IMG/VR virus record: IMGVR_UViG_2778261035_000013
Location: 1 to 16,120 of that record
Direction: 5' to 3' (one strand)
Source: a virus
Taxonomy: Duplodnaviria > Heunggongvirae > Uroviricota > Caudoviricetes
Length of the DNA stretch: 16,120 nt
In this document: piece after piece, positions 15,669 through 16,120 of the stretch
Numbering within the stretch: the first letter of the stretch is position 1
How the letters are laid out: every line of letters starts with the position of its first letter
The notes under the pieces: generated by a model
The model's database searches: none
What the model was told of the DNA's origin: nothing
What the model saw: the letters and a program-made list of their open reading frames with translations, nothing else
Position numbers and translations under genes: made by a program

Positions 15669-16120
15669 TATGCTGCTCTCACGATATAGTTAAATGCAAT
15701 GTTGCGTGGACGGGTATCGACGGGGTTAACGGCCACTGTACCCGACACGGACTGGTCATTACCGTTGCTAACGGTAATGTTACTACTGGTTGATCCAATC
15801 CCTACTGAATCGGTAAATTTAGCACCTGAGCCGCTCAAAGTTCCCGAGATGATAGCTAGCCCCACATAAAAAGTACCTACAGTTGGCTCTTGTGTTGACA
15901 GCACCGCACGCCTTGAATCAACGCCGCGCCCATCATCCCAGCCACGAATAAACTCACCACGTAAATCAGGCAATTTATTTGTCGGATAAGCCTTTGCCAG
16001 TTCCGGGTATTCTTCAGCAGAAAAAGCCGCACCGTTGCATTTCAGCCAGCCTGTTGGCGGTGTGGCTGAAGGCCATGGAACAGGCACACCAACAGGTAAT
16101 GCAGAGCCTTCTCCCAAACC
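15668..16120 (-). CDS. tail fibre protein, variable C-terminal part; 5' partial (constant part lies beyond the window)
   Basis: Frame is open to the window edge (the track's M at 16117 is TTG). Contains PVGVPVPWP...GWLKCNGAAFSAEEYPELAKAY, which looks like the collar motif of Mu/P1/e14-type fibre tips. Reading frame passes through the right half-site. Confidence 0.75.
   Translation of the reverse strand, partial: GLGEGSALPVGVPVPWPSATPPTGWLKCNGAAFSAEEYPELAKAYPTNKLPDLRGEFIRGWDDGRGVDSRRAVLSTQEPTVGTFYVGLAIISGTLSGSGAKFTDSVGIGSTSSNITVSNGNDQSVSGTVAVNPVDTRPRNIAFNYIVRAA

Larger units (their letters stand above)
14194..16120. other. invertible tail-fibre DNA segment (right boundary at or just beyond window end)
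   Basis: Two convergent cassettes, each a tail-fibre C-terminus plus a tail-fibre assembly gene, flanked by the inverted crossover sites and adjacent to pin. Confidence 0.65.

Overview
The window is a mosaic of horizontally acquired DNA from an enterobacterial (E. coli-like) chromosome, and almost every supported gene lies on the minus strand. All identifications are by reading motifs and architecture directly; no database search, tRNA scan or fold prediction was run, so product names are hypotheses. (1) 1..11026 is a P4-related satellite or integrase-associated island, laid out more like CP4-57 or a Gram-negative PICI than canonical P4. It is bounded on the right by a 46-nt 3' fragment of tRNA-Thr(CGU) at 10981..11026, directly followed by a P4-family tyrosine integrase. 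It carries an AlpA regulator, an intact P2 gpN-like major capsid gene, a P4/P1-style RNA-immunity leader (three copies of a bipartite motif plus an intrinsic terminator), a translationally coupled operon ending in an 895-aa alpha-type primase-helicase, an array of 11 GGTAACA/TGTTACC iterons just after that gene, and an Ogr/Delta zinc-finger activator. AT-rich cargo ORFs (roughly 33-40% GC against more than 50% for the backbone, by eye) sit at three places: 1..1284 (PD-(D/E)xK-like nuclease signature), 7626..8498 and 8843..9631. (2) 11027..13572 holds two further AT-rich cargo genes, one with an N-terminal HNH-like motif and one with a zinc ribbon, in the slot between the att fragment and a pin gene. 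(3) 13573..16120 is a Pin/Gin-family serine invertase plus an invertible tail-fibre segment with two alternative fibre C-termini and two tail-fibre assembly genes; the right recombination site is cut by the window end. No rRNA, CRISPR array or intact tRNA was seen. The best candidates for something undescribed are the satellite-borne capsid homologue with its coupled upstream ORF, and the uncharacterised AT-rich cargo genes.
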